Below, in pieces: positions 43,251-53,072 of a stretch of DNA of 64,000 nt; the first letter of the stretch is position 1, and every line of letters starts with the position of its first letter. The notes beneath the pieces were generated by a model, which was given only the letters and a program-made list of their open reading frames with translations, was not told the origin of the DNA and did not search any database. The stretch lies in the IMG/VR virus record IMGVR_UViG_3300040801_004532, positions 62,001 through 126,000 of that record, one strand, 5' to 3'. Position numbers and translations under genes: made by a program.

Positions 43251-44049
43251 ATTTTTTTCCTTCTCTGGTCAACTTTAATTCTAGCCTGCTAGTTTGAGAT
43301 TTGAATAAAAACGGATGAAATCTAGGGTGAATATCCCAATCAAGCCAATATTCAACTACGAATCCGATATCCAAGGATCGACCACCACATTCCTTAATCA
43401 TTCCACTATACACACGCCCAATCTCACCAGCAGCGACCAACCAAAGATCATAATCTTTTGCTGTATGTTTGATTATATCTATTACTTTATGATAACAACA
43501 ATCATAATGATTTTGCCACTGTCCCACTATTTCAACAACATTAACCTGTGGAAATAATTCTTTTATTTCGGGCCTTGCAGTTATTATAGAAACAGTTTTG
43601 TCCTTAATAAAATCAACTAAATTTCGTTTTCCATCTATTGAAACAACCATTAAACAATTGGATTCCGGATTACAATATGAGTCATTATCAAACTCAGCTC
43701 TTTCATATAAATCTTTCCAGTTCCTTAATTTTTGATCTGTTTCATAATTGATTGGTTTCCCAACTTTTTTTATCCTTGGCCAAAACTCTCCTGTATAGTA
43801 TACTTCTGGTGTATCAATAAAGTCCGCCCTTCTTGCATAGTAGCCCCACATCTCATACAAATCTATTATCTTATGGTGGGGTATCCCTTCCTTTTTTAAA
43901 ATGATACCAAGCTGTTCTAAATCTTTATAAAGAATCGAATGTATATATTTAATACCACCATCTCCAAATCTAATATGCGAAAACGGCAAATTATACCTAA
44001 TACAATTTTCAAGCTTATTCAAAATTTCTTCAACCTTAAAAATTTTCAT
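43234..44049 (-). CDS. GT-D fold-like glycosyltransferase
   Basis: SHIRFGDG, LVAAGEIG, LDIG. Confidence 0.55.
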   Translation of the reverse strand: MKIFKVEEILNKLENCIRYNLPFSHIRFGDGGIKYIHSILYKDLEQLGIILKKEGIPHHKIIDLYEMWGYYARRADFIDTPEVYYTGEFWPRIKKVGKPINYETDQKLRNWKDLYERAEFDNDSYCNPESNCLMVVSIDGKRNLVDFIKDKTVSIITARPEIKELFPQVNVVEIVGQWQNHYDCCYHKVIDIIKHTAKDYDLWLVAAGEIGRVYSGMIKECGGRSLDIGFVVEYWLDWDIHPRFHPFLFKSQTSRLELKLTREGKKYEPYI

Positions 44050-45035
44050 CGAAGTGTTTCCAACAACTCTATGAATTTTGACATATTGTGTTTTCTGTTT
44101 CCCAAAGAAACAATATATGATCTTGAATTTTTTCCTAATTCTTTTCTTAGATTTTCATCCGTAATTAATTTCTCAGTATTTAAAACAAATGCATCTAAGT
44201 TATTTTCAGAGATCAATCCATTATGATTATGGATCAAATAATCTGTTCCGGCCAGTTCTGCATCAGTTCCAACAACAGGGCATCCAGCCATCATTGCTTC
44301 GGCAGGAGGCATATGTAGTCCTTCTTGGGTTGCAGGAGAAAGCCAAATATCAATTTCATTATAGAAATCATTCTTTTCTTTCATTGTTGGTTGTTTTAAA
44401 TATTTATCATATAGTTTTGGTGGATTCTCTGCACCCAACAAATAAAGTTTTACAGGATAATCTTTTGATTTAAGTTTTGAGTAGGTACTGAACAGCCACT
44501 CAACTCGTTTAATTTTCGAGTGTTTCTTATGATAAAGACCACCAATAACAACATATTCATTTTTCTTTTTTTTCACTGGATAAATTTCATCTAGATCATA
44601 ACCAGGCTTAACAATATGTGAGTTAGTTTTATACCCCAAAAGTTTTTGTTGAAGACCAAGGCTATTTACAAATTTTATCGTTGGGGCTTTTAAAATTTTA
44701 TTAACTATCTGACTTTCGGGCATTTGCCACGTTTCCCATGCCCTAATCCAATGACATTTTATTCCGCATGCTTTTGGGGAAGCAACAGTTGACAAAACAG
44801 ATTTATAACCAGTTGCGATAATAAAATCTCCGCTTGGTGGTTTAAAATTCTTACCCGTAACAACATGCTCAAACTTTACATCAGACCATGTATGCATATT
44901 CTTAAATGAGTCAATAAATATAACTTCGTGACCCAAATCAACAAGGGCATTTCCTGATCTTATAAGAGTTAAAGATCCGCCGTTATTCCCCAGTCCAACT
45001 TTTCTTAAATCAAAAATTATTCTCATATATCTCAA
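44046..45035 (-). CDS. glycosyltransferase family 4
   Basis: NNGGS, QEGLHMPPAEAMMAGCPVV. Confidence 0.85.
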   Translation of the reverse strand: MRYMRIIFDLRKVGLGNNGGSLTLIRSGNALVDLGHEVIFIDSFKNMHTWSDVKFEHVVTGKNFKPPSGDFIIATGYKSVLSTVASPKACGIKCHWIRAWETWQMPESQIVNKILKAPTIKFVNSLGLQQKLLGYKTNSHIVKPGYDLDEIYPVKKKKNEYVVIGGLYHKKHSKIKRVEWLFSTYSKLKSKDYPVKLYLLGAENPPKLYDKYLKQPTMKEKNDFYNEIDIWLSPATQEGLHMPPAEAMMAGCPVVGTDAELAGTDYLIHNHNGLISENNLDAFVLNTEKLITDENLRKELGKNSRSYIVSLGNRKHNMSKFIELLETLR

Positions 45036-45783
45036 TTCCTTCCTCAGCAGAACTACATCTTATAACTGGCGTATTTAATGGATTTATCAAGTGAATTTGA
45101 TCATCCGACAACTCTTCGTTTACAGCAATTAATGGCGTTTTTAATAACAATGCTAATCTTGAAATATCACCTTTCAAATTACCAACTACAAATTCACTCC
45201 GTTTTATTGCATCGAGATAACAGCCCAATGTTGAATCTTGTATGCCGCTATAAACATTAGAAACTTGACAGAAAAAGTCACTCCCAGTTTTTATAAAATA
45301 TTTATCTGAACTAAGGTCACAATTAACTGATATAGAATCCACAAAAATGATTCTTTCTTTTTCATGAAAAATCTTATCAACAATTTGTATATTGCCATTT
45401 CTTGGCTGAAAATCATAATCCATCTTTGACCTTGGAAATTGCCATTTAACTTTATAGTAAAACGATGTAATATCAGGATATATTATGTCCTTAATTTTAA
45501 ATCTAGTTTTGAATTTATTTATAAATGCACCAAGAAGTTTATTAAAGTCTTCGCCTGTTATATTCTCCTTTTTGAAGCAACAGACATTATTCTCATCTAA
45601 TCTTAGTGGAACAAACACATCTGCATAAATCCCATATAAATCAAAATTATGTTGGCGAGTAAAAATAACAAATGTATCATGTGGCGATTTCTTTTTAAGG
45701 TAAATAATATAGGGCGCAAAATGAAAATATTCCCATGATAACTCGCCAACAAAGGGACCTACAAGAACCACCTGTCGTTTCAT
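45010..45783 (-). CDS. hypothetical protein, paralog of 46071..46976
   Basis: GPFVGELSWEYFHFAP vs GPFVGEMYWEAARFAP; shared DLYG.YAD..PLR. Confidence 0.65.
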   Translation of the reverse strand: MKRQVVLVGPFVGELSWEYFHFAPYIIYLKKKSPHDTFVIFTRQHNFDLYGIYADVFVPLRLDENNVCCFKKENITGEDFNKLLGAFINKFKTRFKIKDIIYPDITSFYYKVKWQFPRSKMDYDFQPRNGNIQIVDKIFHEKERIIFVDSISVNCDLSSDKYFIKTGSDFFCQVSNVYSGIQDSTLGCYLDAIKRSEFVVGNLKGDISRLALLLKTPLIAVNEELSDDQIHLINPLNTPVIRCSSAEEGIEIYENNF

Positions 45784-45792
45784 ATTAATCCT

Positions 45793-46071
45793 TTAAACTG
45801 GTTGAATTGTACTATCTTCGTTTGGATCTGAATCTGGTTCTGGTTTTGGATTATCGGTATCTTTCATAACTCGTTCAAGTTCTCTAATTTTATTCTTAAG
45901 TGCATCATTCTCATTCTCAAGTCTTGTAAGTTCAGACTCAAACCCATTCATGATATATTGAAATTTTTTTATTGGAAATTCTTGATACATTGGTTGATAA
46001 CTAGCCTCAATTAATGTTCTTTTTAAATAGTCAACAACTCGTTTGTTTGTACTAAGCCAAATGTTTTGCAT
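45793..46071 (-). CDS. small coiled-coil protein
   Basis: ORF track. Confidence 0.55.
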   Translation of the reverse strand: MQNIWLSTNKRVVDYLKRTLIEASYQPMYQEFPIKKFQYIMNGFESELTRLENENDALKNKIRELERVMKDTDNPKPEPDSDPNEDSTIQPV

Positions 46072-46976
46072 TACCTTTTCTCCTTCTTTTTCAATAGTTT
46101 TTTAAATTCTGGAAAAATCTTATCTACAGAAATATCATATTGCTTATTCTCGATGAAGGTAATAGGAGTGTTTCTAATATTATAGGTTTTTGTGTGGAGT
46201 TGTTTTTGGCATCCAAACTCTAAAACTTCAACTCCATATAATAATGATATATTTGGAATGGCGCTTTGAGAACCAAAAGTAAAAACCGATTTCTCCATTA
46301 CTACAAGTAGCAATCCTATTAATGAAGATGATTTTCCAACTGTAATATCATTCATATCATAGAATCTTTTCTTTTCATCGGGGACATATTCTCCCGGCTT
46401 TCCACAAATAATAAAACGAAAATTATCATTTAAAAATTTATCAGCAGCCAGTCGATCATAGAAGGCTAACCAATTCCCCCAATTTCTCTTAAATCCTTTC
46501 CTAAACCTTGGGGCCAAAATAACCAGTGGTTTGTTGTCTGATATATAACTCTCGACTAACTCATAATTTTCTTTTCTTGGTTTATATTTAAAGATCATAT
46601 TTTGTTTTAGATATTGATTTTTATTCAAAAAATTCTTCTTAGAAACATCTGGATAAATATGTTTTATAACATTAAACCTTTTGCTATAACGATTTTTAAA
46701 CTTACTAGCTAATTTATGATAATTCTCTATTGGGTAATTATTAAGCCGAAAACAATTTGGTTGTTTATTTTGATAATCTCCTTCAATTCTAAGGGGTATT
46801 AAAATGTCTGCATAACAACCATATAAATCAAATCTTTCTTCTCTCGTCAAAATAATAAATTTTACATTTTTTCCTTTATATGTATTCTTTTTATAAAATG
46901 GTAACATAGGTGCAAACCTTGCGGCTTCCCAATACATTTCGCCAACAAAGGGGCCAAACAAAACAGCTTTTTCCAT
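46071..46976 (-). CDS. putative GT9-like glycosyltransferase
   Basis: GPFVGE N-terminus; GSQSAIPNISL. Confidence 0.5.
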   Translation of the reverse strand: MEKAVLFGPFVGEMYWEAARFAPMLPFYKKNTYKGKNVKFIILTREERFDLYGCYADILIPLRIEGDYQNKQPNCFRLNNYPIENYHKLASKFKNRYSKRFNVIKHIYPDVSKKNFLNKNQYLKQNMIFKYKPRKENYELVESYISDNKPLVILAPRFRKGFKRNWGNWLAFYDRLAADKFLNDNFRFIICGKPGEYVPDEKKRFYDMNDITVGKSSSLIGLLLVVMEKSVFTFGSQSAIPNISLLYGVEVLEFGCQKQLHTKTYNIRNTPITFIENKQYDISVDKIFPEFKKLLKKKEKR

Positions 46977-46978
46977 AA

Positions 46979-47812
46979 TTACCAGTCCCTGATAACAGCC
47001 CTATCATCTTTAATTTTATTATAAAACTCCTCAAACTTCATGCTCGCCAATCTTTTTTCAGCGTCTTCAAATTTGATTAGATTATCTAATTTTTTATCAT
47101 TCTTTTGTCTAGTCAAAACATTACATACAGATCCAGCATGTTTTCCACAATGGTATCTTAGATTAGTACTTAATCCAAGGATGTAATGTTTCCCCTTTGA
47201 TGATTGGTCTAATAGTTTCCAATACATCTGGTCATGTTTTTTATCATGCCCAACCAATTGTTTTAAATTAAGAAACCCAACATCACGAAAAAAATCTGGT
47301 CTAACAGACCAAAATCCCGACCCTCCCAACTTCCCTGTTTTTCCCGATAACTCAGTACTTATTTGAATTGCTGGTTCGTTTCGATATTTAATTCCGCCTG
47401 GCACTTGCCCAATAACCTTAATATGATTTAGTTTGTTTTTGTGAATATATTTCCAAGCAGATAAGAGCTTCTTATCCCATTCTGGCGCAACAATTATATC
47501 ATTGTCCAACATAAGCAAAAAAGCATATGAGTCTTTCTTCGGATCCTGTTCATGTTGCAAACCAAAAAAATTACAAGTTGATGCTTTACTAAACGCACCA
47601 AATGTAGAATCAGTTGAAGTAAATGTAATCTGTGAGATTAACCCTTTAGAATATAACTTATGAAAATATGCAAAATGATCTTCTAATAGATGATTTGTTT
47701 GGTTATCGTAAACGTAAATTTTATGCGGCAACGATGAATGAACCTTTAAGGCATGGATACACTTCCTGGTGATTTCTAAACGATTTCTAACGCTTAAGAA
47801 AATTTTAACCAT
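46979..47812 (-). CDS. glycosyltransferase family 2
   Basis: VRNRL.IT..C, YVYDN, LMLDND. Confidence 0.75.
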   Translation of the reverse strand: MVKIFLSVRNRLEITRKCIHALKVHSSLPHKIYVYDNQTNHLLEDHFAYFHKLYSKGLISQITFTSTDSTFGAFSKASTCNFFGLQHEQDPKKDSYAFLLMLDNDIIVAPEWDKKLLSAWKYIHKNKLNHIKVIGQVPGGIKYRNEPAIQISTELSGKTGKLGGSGFWSVRPDFFRDVGFLNLKQLVGHDKKHDQMYWKLLDQSSKGKHYILGLSTNLRYHCGKHAGSVCNVLTRQKNDKKLDNLIKFEDAEKRLASMKFEEFYNKIKDDRAVIRDW

Positions 47813-49076
47813 CCTTAGATAACTCCTCAATATTATCAATAGTTTCTTTTATATTAATTTGGTCATAACATGGGCTGTATCCATCAGGACCTGCTTCTGG
47901 ACATGGAGTATGCCCATGAATAAAACATGGAACACAATGTCTTTGAGCATCAACCCAACGAGCTTTTGGGTAAGTTTTTAATCTGATATGACCAGGAAAT
48001 GGTCCGTATATTCCATAACACGGAACATCAAGAGATGCGGCAATATGATTTAGAGCAGAGTCGGTTGCAATCACACATTTAGCAAGTGAAGCAACAGCAA
48101 TTGAAAAATCTAGAGATAATGAATGTTGACAAAAATTAAACACTCGATGTTTATTTTTAACTGCTGAAATAAAATTATCAACATTATCTTTTTGCCTGGG
48201 GTTATCTGTGATAAGAACATCATGACCACGATCAGTAAGTTCATCAATTATGTTAATCCAAAATTCAGGACGAGGGGTTCTAATGGGAGAACTGGCTCTA
48301 AGTTGAGTTAACATAAACCCTTTTGGTTGTACGCCCCACTCTTGTAATTTCTCAAGACAAAATTCAACTTTATCATCTTTTGGTTTTTGTGATGGAACCA
48401 ATTTATCATTGGGTAAATCAAGTCCTAACCATTCACTAAATAAATTGTATGCATTTACCTGTTCTGCTAATTTACATCTTTCAATAACTCCCTCAAACAA
48501 TGCATGATAATCAGCTCTATTCAACTCAGTCAAATTAAACGGCAAATCCACAACGCGATCAACACATTCCCAAGTTTCAACCATTGATTGGTATTGCGGA
48601 CCACAACAAAAATTAATAGTACATGAAGGATATTTTTCTTTTAGATAGGATAAATTCGGTTGGATAAACAAAAGGTCTCCGATACCTCCTGTTCTAAATA
48701 CAAGGAGTGTTTTGTTTGTTAAATCCTGCCCGATATACGGAGTATATAAATTTTTGAATTGAACTTTGGCTGGCTTTAAAAATTTTCTGCCTCCTCTTGG
48801 TTCCCGATGTAGTTGTTGATAAACACCAAGACCCATAACATAATTATTGCCCTTCTTTAATTTCTGCTTTTTAAAAAAATTCTGAATAAATGATAAATTT
48901 TTAACCGCATGAGCAATAACAATATTCGGTGGCGAGTTTCGTAATTCTTTTAGATCGCTAACAATTTTAGTGGATTCGCCTACCAAACCCAACTCTCTCA
49001 ATTGCATACTTGTTATCTGTCTAAATTCTCTTGTTGGTACTTCGGACTCCCATTTTATCCCCGTATTCAAATCCAT
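47805..49076 (-). CDS. glycosyltransferase family 9 (heptosyltransferase-like)
   Basis: RTGGIGDLL, IATDSALNHIAA, GIYGPF, C.PC...C. Confidence 0.8.
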   Translation of the reverse strand: MDLNTGIKWESEVPTREFRQITSMQLRELGLVGESTKIVSDLKELRNSPPNIVIAHAVKNLSFIQNFFKKQKLKKGNNYVMGLGVYQQLHREPRGGRKFLKPAKVQFKNLYTPYIGQDLTNKTLLVFRTGGIGDLLFIQPNLSYLKEKYPSCTINFCCGPQYQSMVETWECVDRVVDLPFNLTELNRADYHALFEGVIERCKLAEQVNAYNLFSEWLGLDLPNDKLVPSQKPKDDKVEFCLEKLQEWGVQPKGFMLTQLRASSPIRTPRPEFWINIIDELTDRGHDVLITDNPRQKDNVDNFISAVKNKHRVFNFCQHSLSLDFSIAVASLAKCVIATDSALNHIAASLDVPCYGIYGPFPGHIRLKTYPKARWVDAQRHCVPCFIHGHTPCPEAGPDGYSPCYDQINIKETIDNIEELSKDG

Positions 49077-49101
49077 CCTGATTTCCTTTCAAAATTTTTC
49101 G

Positions 49102-49659
49102 TTAGTCGGTTTCTTTATCTGCCTTCCATGCTTTATCAACAGCATCAAAAAATTTCTTTTTCTTCTCGTCACTCAAATCCTCAATGCTATCAATATTCCA
49201 ATTCTTCATCATTTTCTTAAAGAAGTCTCTATATTTTTCTTCCCTTATTAATTTTGAAATGGATACAGCAATCGCTTCTTGGGTAGGGGTTAATTCGTCT
49301 TTTGTAAGTTGATCAACAACTGATTTATGGAGCGACTCTAAATCTTGATCGGGTACATTATCAATCTCATTTTCAACTTCATCTAGAACAACATCAACAT
49401 CGTCGATTGCTTCTTTGATTTTCTTGTATTCAGTATAATCCCCATTAAGAATAATATCAACTAAATTTAATGCTTCTTTTATATTCATATCTCTACTCCT
49501 TGGTTTACCCATTGGTCCTTGTGTTTTACCACGAGCTTGTCTCTGTCCTTTACCTTTTTCCTGACCCTCAGGAACACATTTTTTTCTGATTGGTCACCAC
49601 CGGGTTCCTTCCGGGCATTTAGGTACTTTTTTAGTTTCATAACCAATTGGTTTTGGCAT
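49102..49659 (-). CDS. candidate UGA-recoded (selenocysteine) protein, 185 aa; in-frame internal start at 49488 gives 128 aa
   Basis: ATG 49659 two nt after the upstream stop; KCPEGTRW-TGA(49594-49596)-PIRKKCVP in frame with track ORF 49102..49512; hairpin at 49558-49574. Confidence 0.6.
49558..49574 (-). promoter_or_regulatory. bacterial SECIS-like hairpin
   Basis: TTCCTGA-GGG-TCAGGAA beginning 19 nt after the in-frame UGA. Confidence 0.5.
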
Positions 49660-49661
49660 AA

Positions 49662-50036
49662 TTATATTACCCCCGTGGCTCTACGTCTAAATTCAGCAGC
49701 CTTTGCGCGAGCCTTATCTTGTGATTCCCTGAAATTATCAATCCTTTTTTGGTATCTTGTTGCTGCTCTTTTTAAAACACCAATACAACGATTTGGATCT
49801 GGAGCTGTAGTACATTTTCCTGTAATACCGTTCAATCTTGTAATCGCTCTATTTGCTGCAGTTATTTGACAAGTCGCCTTACAGAATCTACGTTCATAAT
49901 TATTTTCTAATCTTCTATGGCATCGTGTTTCATAACAATCAGTCCATTCATCTTTAAAATCACCATCAATATCAGTAACTGCAATGCTAGCATCAAACTG
50001 CTCAAAAAGTAAATTAAGGTACTTGTCAATCTTCAT
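49662..50036 (-). CDS. Cys-rich hypothetical (possible virion) protein
   Basis: ORF track. Confidence 0.6.
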   Translation of the reverse strand: MKIDKYLNLLFEQFDASIAVTDIDGDFKDEWTDCYETRCHRRLENNYERRFCKATCQITAANRAITRLNGITGKCTTAPDPNRCIGVLKRAATRYQKRIDNFRESQDKARAKAAEFRRRATGVI

Positions 50037-51086
50037 TTATTTGCCCATCCCTTTAACGTCTGCAATAGTGCGAATTAAAAGACCATTTGCAACCGTTGTT
50101 AATGGATTTTTAGCACGTCTAATCTCTGAAACCTCAAATGGCAACTCGTGTGTTGAAATGACATTTTTAAACAACTCAACAAAACCCTCTGGAATACTTG
50201 TCCCGCCAGAAACAACAATTGGAATCTTATCATCTATTTCAATATCAACTTTTTCATCAAACTCTTTGATAATTCGTTTTACAGTATAGTCAATCAGGGC
50301 TTTATGATAATAGAAAAGAGCTTCCAAAACCCTCTTAGTTTTCTTATTTTTAACTTCAACATCACCAGATAATTTCATATATTTCTCTTTCAAATTTGTA
50401 ACCCTATTTGGAACCATTGCTAAATCTGCCGCAACCTGTTGATCAATCCAATCGCCAGCTCGAGCGGTTGAGAATTTTAATGCTTCAACGCCCTTATATG
50501 AAATTGCTATATTGGCCATACCAGCACCAAAGCTAATTCCAATCCCACTAAAGTTCTCTTTGGCACATTCAGAATAAATAATCGCCATCGCCTCATTGAC
50601 AGATGTATGATTAACACCCAAACGATTAAGAATTCTTGCAAAAACATTTTCATGATATGTAACAGAACGTCCCTCGTCAATCGCTTCAGCGGGTACCGAA
50701 TACGAACAATAAACCTCTTTATCTTTGGTCTCTCCAATTAGTTCCTTTAGCATCAATGTCAAAACATCAATTGCAGCAATTTCTTTTGGAGAGATAAGTC
50801 CTTTTTCCATAGGTCGAGAAATACTTGTGCCAAAAATATTCGCAAACTCAAATGCGTCAGAACCAATAATAAATAACTCTCCATCATCGCTTTCAACATA
50901 ACTAATATTACTTAGTTGGTTGAGCGAGACATCATCCTTCTCTACTTTAAGAAATACATTCCTTGTAATATTAACATCATCTGAGTCAGAACTTGCACAT
51001 ACCAGATGCATTGTTCCGACATCAAGCCCCAAACATTTAACTTTACTATGTTTTTTCATTTCTTTGTTATTGTTTTCTTCGTTCAT
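50037..51086 (-). CDS. actin-like ATPase (MreB/ParM/MamK superfamily)
   Basis: LGLDVGT (phosphate 1), NEAMA, ISFGAGM (phosphate 2), VVSGGTS (adenosine). Confidence 0.8.
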   Translation of the reverse strand: MNEENNNKEMKKHSKVKCLGLDVGTMHLVCASSDSDDVNITRNVFLKVEKDDVSLNQLSNISYVESDDGELFIIGSDAFEFANIFGTSISRPMEKGLISPKEIAAIDVLTLMLKELIGETKDKEVYCSYSVPAEAIDEGRSVTYHENVFARILNRLGVNHTSVNEAMAIIYSECAKENFSGIGISFGAGMANIAISYKGVEALKFSTARAGDWIDQQVAADLAMVPNRVTNLKEKYMKLSGDVEVKNKKTKRVLEALFYYHKALIDYTVKRIIKEFDEKVDIEIDDKIPIVVSGGTSIPEGFVELFKNVISTHELPFEVSEIRRAKNPLTTVANGLLIRTIADVKGMGK

Positions 51087-51095
51087 ATTTTCTCC

Positions 51096-51920
51096 TTATA
51101 AACAAATTACATTTGCCAAATACCCAGTAGAACACTCGCCACTATGACCATATTTATAATGACATTCTTTACAGACAGACCAAGCCAAATCTGGATCTAA
51201 AGCAAAAAATGGTTCTAATTTTTGTGGTCTTTCATGATGAACATGTTCTGCTTTTTTGCCACAATATTGACATTTGTAATTATCCCGTTCTAAAACATAT
51301 TTTCTAAAGTGATTATATTCTTCTTGTGTATAACCATGTTTAGTTTGCTTAAATGGATCTGATTGTAAATTATATAACGGGCATTCGATTTTACATTCAT
51401 CACAGCAATAAAAATAAGAATTATCACTTCCGTTTTTCTCCAAACATCGTATTCTTTCGTATATCTGTCTCTTTGTGGGTGTAAACCAACCAGTTTGTTC
51501 TTTTGAATTTTGACATTTGTGATTTTTACAATGTACTTGTATTTCCCTTTCTTCAATAGGTTTATTAGGATTATACCTCATCTCTTCTATTTTAGAAAAT
51601 AATTTATATTTTCTTTTTATTTTAGAAATTGTCATAAGACTATTTATACTCATCTTTTTCTTGCTATCAAGAGAATGTTTTTTTCCAAGCATTGGATGAG
51701 GTCTATCACTAAATGATTTTTTTAAGCTATCAACATGTTGTTTGCTTAAAGGGTTTCCTTTTCTAGCTTCACTAATCTTTTTTCTTGTTTCAAATGAGTG
51801 AGGTTTTCCCTTATTCCATGGAACATAATCTTTTTTTGCATCTCTCATTTTTTGTAGTGTTTTTTTTGAATAAATACCTGTTTTACCTTTATTCCACGGA
51901 CTCATTATCTTTATTTCCAT
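51096..51920 (-). CDS. NUMOD3 + HNH homing endonuclease
   Basis: PWNKGK repeats; DNYKCQYCG...HVHH...VCKECH. Confidence 0.85.
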   Translation of the reverse strand: MEIKIMSPWNKGKTGIYSKKTLQKMRDAKKDYVPWNKGKPHSFETRKKISEARKGNPLSKQHVDSLKKSFSDRPHPMLGKKHSLDSKKKMSINSLMTISKIKRKYKLFSKIEEMRYNPNKPIEEREIQVHCKNHKCQNSKEQTGWFTPTKRQIYERIRCLEKNGSDNSYFYCCDECKIECPLYNLQSDPFKQTKHGYTQEEYNHFRKYVLERDNYKCQYCGKKAEHVHHERPQKLEPFFALDPDLAWSVCKECHYKYGHSGECSTGYLANVICL

Positions 51921-52494
51921 TTCCTACTAAATTCGATAGAATATCAGCACTATCATTAACTGAGGAACTATCCTTCTTCATTGTTTTTATTTTGGATTTA
52001 ATTTTCATATCACTAATATCAATCTCAGGAATAAATGAATCTAGCTCCTCAATTACAGGTTCTTTATTTTTATCAGGAATAAATCTGCCAACCTTTTCTT
52101 TTTTCTTAGTATCATTTGAAAATGTAGAAATCAACTTTTCAAGACTAGATAATTTATTTGTTATTTGTTCTGAACCTTCAGAATTATTACCCTGTTCTTT
52201 TTCTAAAATTTTCGCCATCATCATTTCAAGATTTTCTAATCTTTTATCTATCCCACCAGAATCATCTTTTTTCTTTGGTTTTGGTTCATCAAAATCTCCC
52301 TGTTTATAAACCTCTTTTCCGCCCTTTTCAGTTTCAGCAACAATTTCATAGTCATCAATCCCTGACGTAACCAAATACATATGAACCACTCTTATATCAA
52401 CTTTTGATATATCCACTTTAGCTGGAGTTCTAAAAGACGGAAGACCAGGAATGGAAATAACATACCCGGGCTTTTTTATCTTTAAAAGAATCAT
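51889..52494 (-). CDS. hypothetical protein
   Basis: ORF track. Confidence 0.65.
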   Translation of the reverse strand: MILLKIKKPGYVISIPGLPSFRTPAKVDISKVDIRVVHMYLVTSGIDDYEIVAETEKGGKEVYKQGDFDEPKPKKKDDSGGIDKRLENLEMMMAKILEKEQGNNSEGSEQITNKLSSLEKLISTFSNDTKKKEKVGRFIPDKNKEPVIEELDSFIPEIDISDMKIKSKIKTMKKDSSSVNDSADILSNLVGNGNKDNESVE

Positions 52495-52496
52495 TT

Positions 52497-53072
52497 CTAT
52501 TCCTTCTTATTCAAGCGGTTAAGAAATTCATCAACCGTATTAGTTTTTGTAAATGAATTTTCTGGGTTTGAAACAATTGGATTTTCCTTACTCAGCACAT
52601 CCCCAAGGATCCTCTTTTGATCAGGTAAAACCATCAGGTCAGCTTCCCCCAATTGAGTTATCCATTTATGCCCTTGATGTTCTTTTGACAATTTAACTTT
52701 TTGATCTGGATTCTTCATAGAACACAAAAAGTTATAACATATAGTTCTTCGTTTTCCACCTTCTGCAAGATACTCAAATTTTTCAATAAATTTTTCGATT
52801 TTTACATCAAGTCCGGTTTCTTCTTTGATCTCTCTTAATGCACATTTATCAGGGGATTCTCCAACTGGTTTATCACATTTACCACGAGGAAACTCAAAAT
52901 GTAATGGCCAATGATCGTCTTTTGATCTTTGAATCAAAAGAACCATCTTCTCTCCATTCTCACCCTCTTTCATTATTATGCCCGCCGCAGCGATCATCGT
53001 CTTTTCAACTTTATCTTCTTGACCAATGGTCATTTCGATATAGCCAATCAACTTCTTCATTATAGGATCCAT
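52497..53072 (-). CDS. NUDIX hydrolase
   Basis: EFPRGK...CALREIKEETGL. Confidence 0.85.
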   Translation of the reverse strand: MDPIMKKLIGYIEMTIGQEDKVEKTMIAAAGIIMKEGENGEKMVLLIQRSKDDHWPLHFEFPRGKCDKPVGESPDKCALREIKEETGLDVKIEKFIEKFEYLAEGGKRRTICYNFLCSMKNPDQKVKLSKEHQGHKWITQLGEADLMVLPDQKRILGDVLSKENPIVSNPENSFTKTNTVDEFLNRLNKKE

